Below are positions 56,739-64,000 of a stretch of DNA of 64,000 nucleotides, in pieces. The notes beneath the pieces are model-generated. The model was given only the letters and a program-made list of their open reading frames with translations, made no database searches and was not told the DNA's origin. The DNA is taken from NCBI GenBank assembly GCA_951406725.2, contig OX597823.1, positions 42,966,001 to 43,030,000 of the forward strand, in the 5' to 3' direction. The DNA comes from Octopus vulgaris. Lineage: Eukaryota. How positions within the stretch are numbered: the stretch's first letter is position 1; each line of letters begins with the position of its first letter. Made by a program: the position numbers and the translations under genes.

Positions 56739-57529
56739 GTCGTTGTCGTTGTTGTTGCTGTTGTTGTTGTTGTTGTTTATAGAGTCTGTTTAATTTCGGA
56801 ATTAAGCTTGGCTTCTATTTTCTGTCACTATTTCTATTTCTATTTACGCACAACACACACATACATACACGAGCCCACTTGAATGATGATTAAAATCAAG
56901 TCGCTAATAAAAGCAACATATCAAGGAAATATATCTGTAGCAGAATAAAAGAGTGGATTAGATGTTTCATTATTCTTTATTCACTTCCCTCTGTTTGTAT
57001 GTCGTTTAAAAATGAAAAACATAAAACATTTAAGTGCCAAATGTAATTTCAAAGTTATTTTTGTACTTTCACTTCTAGTACTGTCCTCATGGCTATTCTA
57101 ATACCAGTCGTCTTACTATTAGGCTTATATGTTTAACAAGGCCTCATCTTTGATTATATATTTTAATACATTCATCATCATCATCATCATTGTTCGACCG
57201 TGGTCGAGACTTTCATAGTCTTTTCAAATGGCTAATAATGTGTGCGCGCGCCACTACTACACACATTGGAAAGCATTGTACAACCAAGTACTAAAGAAAA
57301 TCTTTCCTCCTCCATGAAACAAAGCTGTTCCCGCTGGACGTCAACCCAGTATTTCTAAGCTACGGACCCTGTGATTTATTGTAAGGTTATCTCCCTAGAT
57401 AGATTGCCTTCACTACGGCTAAGGAGCCCTTTCTACCCCATTCATACATACATACATACATGCATACATACATACATACATACATACATACATACATACA
57501 TACAAACATACGTCAAGCTGACAATTATG

Positions 57530-57825
57530 AAGTAGTGAGGTCTATTCCCGGACCGGGCTGGGTATTGTGCTCTTGAGCAAAACACGTTATTTCATGTTGC
57601 TCCAGTTCATTCAGCTGTAGAAATGAGTCGCAACGTCACTAGTGCCAAGCTGTATCGGTCTTTGCCTTTCCCTTGAATAACATCAGTAGTGTGGAGAGGG
57701 GAGAATGGTAGACATGAACGACCGCTGGTCTTCCATAAACAACCTTGCCCAGACTTGTGCCTCGGAGGGTAACATTCTAGGTGCAATCCCATGGTCATTC
57801 ATGATCGAAAGGGGTCTTTACCCTT
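57530..57825 (+). mobile_element. Family C SINE
   Basis: Reverse-complement match to 18670-19015. Confidence 0.8.
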
Positions 57826-57829
57826 TATC

Positions 57830-57871
<42 letters not shown>

Positions 57872-57874
<3 letters not shown>

Positions 57875-58184
57875 GAGGCGCAAGGGCCAAATGGTTAGGG
57901 CAGCGGACTCGCGGTCGTAGGATCGCGGTTTCGATTCCCAGACCGGGCGTTGTGAGTGTTTATTGAGCGAAAACACCTATCTAAAAGCTCCACGATGCTC
58001 CGGCAGGGGGTGGTGGCAATCCCTGTTGTACTCTTTCGCCACAACTTTCTCTCACTCTTTCTACTGTTGGCCTGCGCGCTTAGCCAGCGGGGTGGCGTCA
58101 TTTGAAGCCTAAAACAATGCGAAGCGCATTGTGACCAGCGATGTGTAACAACATCTGATAGCCTGGTCGGTCATGGTGATCACG

Positions 58185-58188
<4 letters not shown>
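57872..58188 (+). mobile_element. Family B tRNA-derived SINE in (TA)n
   Basis: Near-identical to 7076-7360. Confidence 0.88.
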
Positions 58189-58226
<38 letters not shown>

Positions 58227-58282
58227 TGTAAGTATGCATAGTAACTGATGGGTTGCGTTACACTACAGCTGTTTCAGACTAC

Positions 58283-58560
58283 ATATGTTTTCTAGGTAGC
58301 TTATCCTCGGAAGTAATAATTATTCAACGAGTTGTAGTCCACTAGCTACTCATAAGGCCAAAATACCCAAGTTAAATAAAGATTAAGTTGTCGTTAAGGA
58401 ATCCCAAGTTAAATTATATCTAAGCCGCGTTAACTTGGTGTTCCTTAACGTCACTATAACCATCATATAATTAAGGTATCTTCGGCCTGATGAGTAGACA
58501 ATAGAGAACCCCTCGTTTAGTATTTGTTTCGACCGAGAATCTGCTAGCTAGGAAACATAT
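58283..58560. repeat. Decayed inverted repeat (~130-bp arms) with hammerhead-core remnants
   Basis: cgttaaggaatcccaagttaa / ttaacttggtgttccttaacg and atatgttttctaggtagc / gctagctaggaaacatat are symmetric about ~58421. CTGATGAG at ~58487. Confidence 0.65.
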
Positions 58561-58999
58561 ATAGCCTTGATTTTACCTGCTCCATTCCTTTATTTTGGAT
58601 ACATATATATATATTTCGAGAAGTGGTTTAGTTGTGAGGAACAAAATTATAAAAAGGGGAAATAATTAGAAAAATACGTAGTACCATGGTAACATTTATT
58701 GTAAGGGAGACATTATTGTAAGGGAGACATTCTAGATGTACCAAAAATTAAGGTAGGGTGAGATGTTTGAATTTTAAATCTAATATAAAAAAAGAAGATA
58801 CACAGAATATACCTATTTCGTCAGAGCAGATTAGATTTCTGTACACAGCTTTGGTCTCCAGACTCATCAGGTCTCATAGAACGAAGTGAAGAGTTACAAA
58901 GGATGTTCAACAATAAAATAACTTCGCTTAAATGCTTTAATTAATGAGAACATTTTAATATTCTGCGTCTCTTCTCTCTTGAACGCCGAAGAGAGAGAT

Positions 59000-63780
<4,781 letters not shown>

Positions 63781-64000
63781 TTATCAAAGTGGGCACATAC
63801 ACACGAGAGTGCGTACGCCCGCACAATATAACAGCGAATAATCGTTACCAGCGTTATTATGTGTATCTACGCCTCCTTATTCTTTCATTTACTTACACAC
63901 ATAACACACACACACACACACACACACATACACACACATGCATTTACGTCTGCACAAAAATACGTGAGGTGACGAAATTGTCAAATAGGAAGAGCAATAT

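Overview
This is AT-rich, microsatellite-saturated eukaryotic DNA. The SINE families and simple repeats suggest an octopus or other cephalopod genome (inference). No intact host gene is evident, and almost all short ORFs in the track are translations of microsatellites. The window holds a near full-length but frameshifted L1/Tx1-type LINE (29560-35374, minus) inserted in (ATT)n. It also holds R4/Dong-like, CR1, RTE, mariner and Helitron remnants, many tRNA-derived SINEs (some in tandem arrays), and Penelope-like remnants carrying minimal hammerhead-ribozyme motifs. One of these is a perfect 140-bp-arm palindrome with a G3-C8 variant core. Most interesting candidates: (1) a decayed ~4-kb segment (about 8200-12350) with collinear motifs of a narnavirus-like RdRp, i.e. 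a putative endogenous RNA virus; (2) a Tx1 LINE/SINE pair sharing a 3' CUUGU stem-loop tail and an (ATT)n target; (3) fragmented LRR/TLR-like pseudogenes at about 47.8-63.8 kb. All protein calls come from manual motif reading, with no database search. Many boundaries are approximate.
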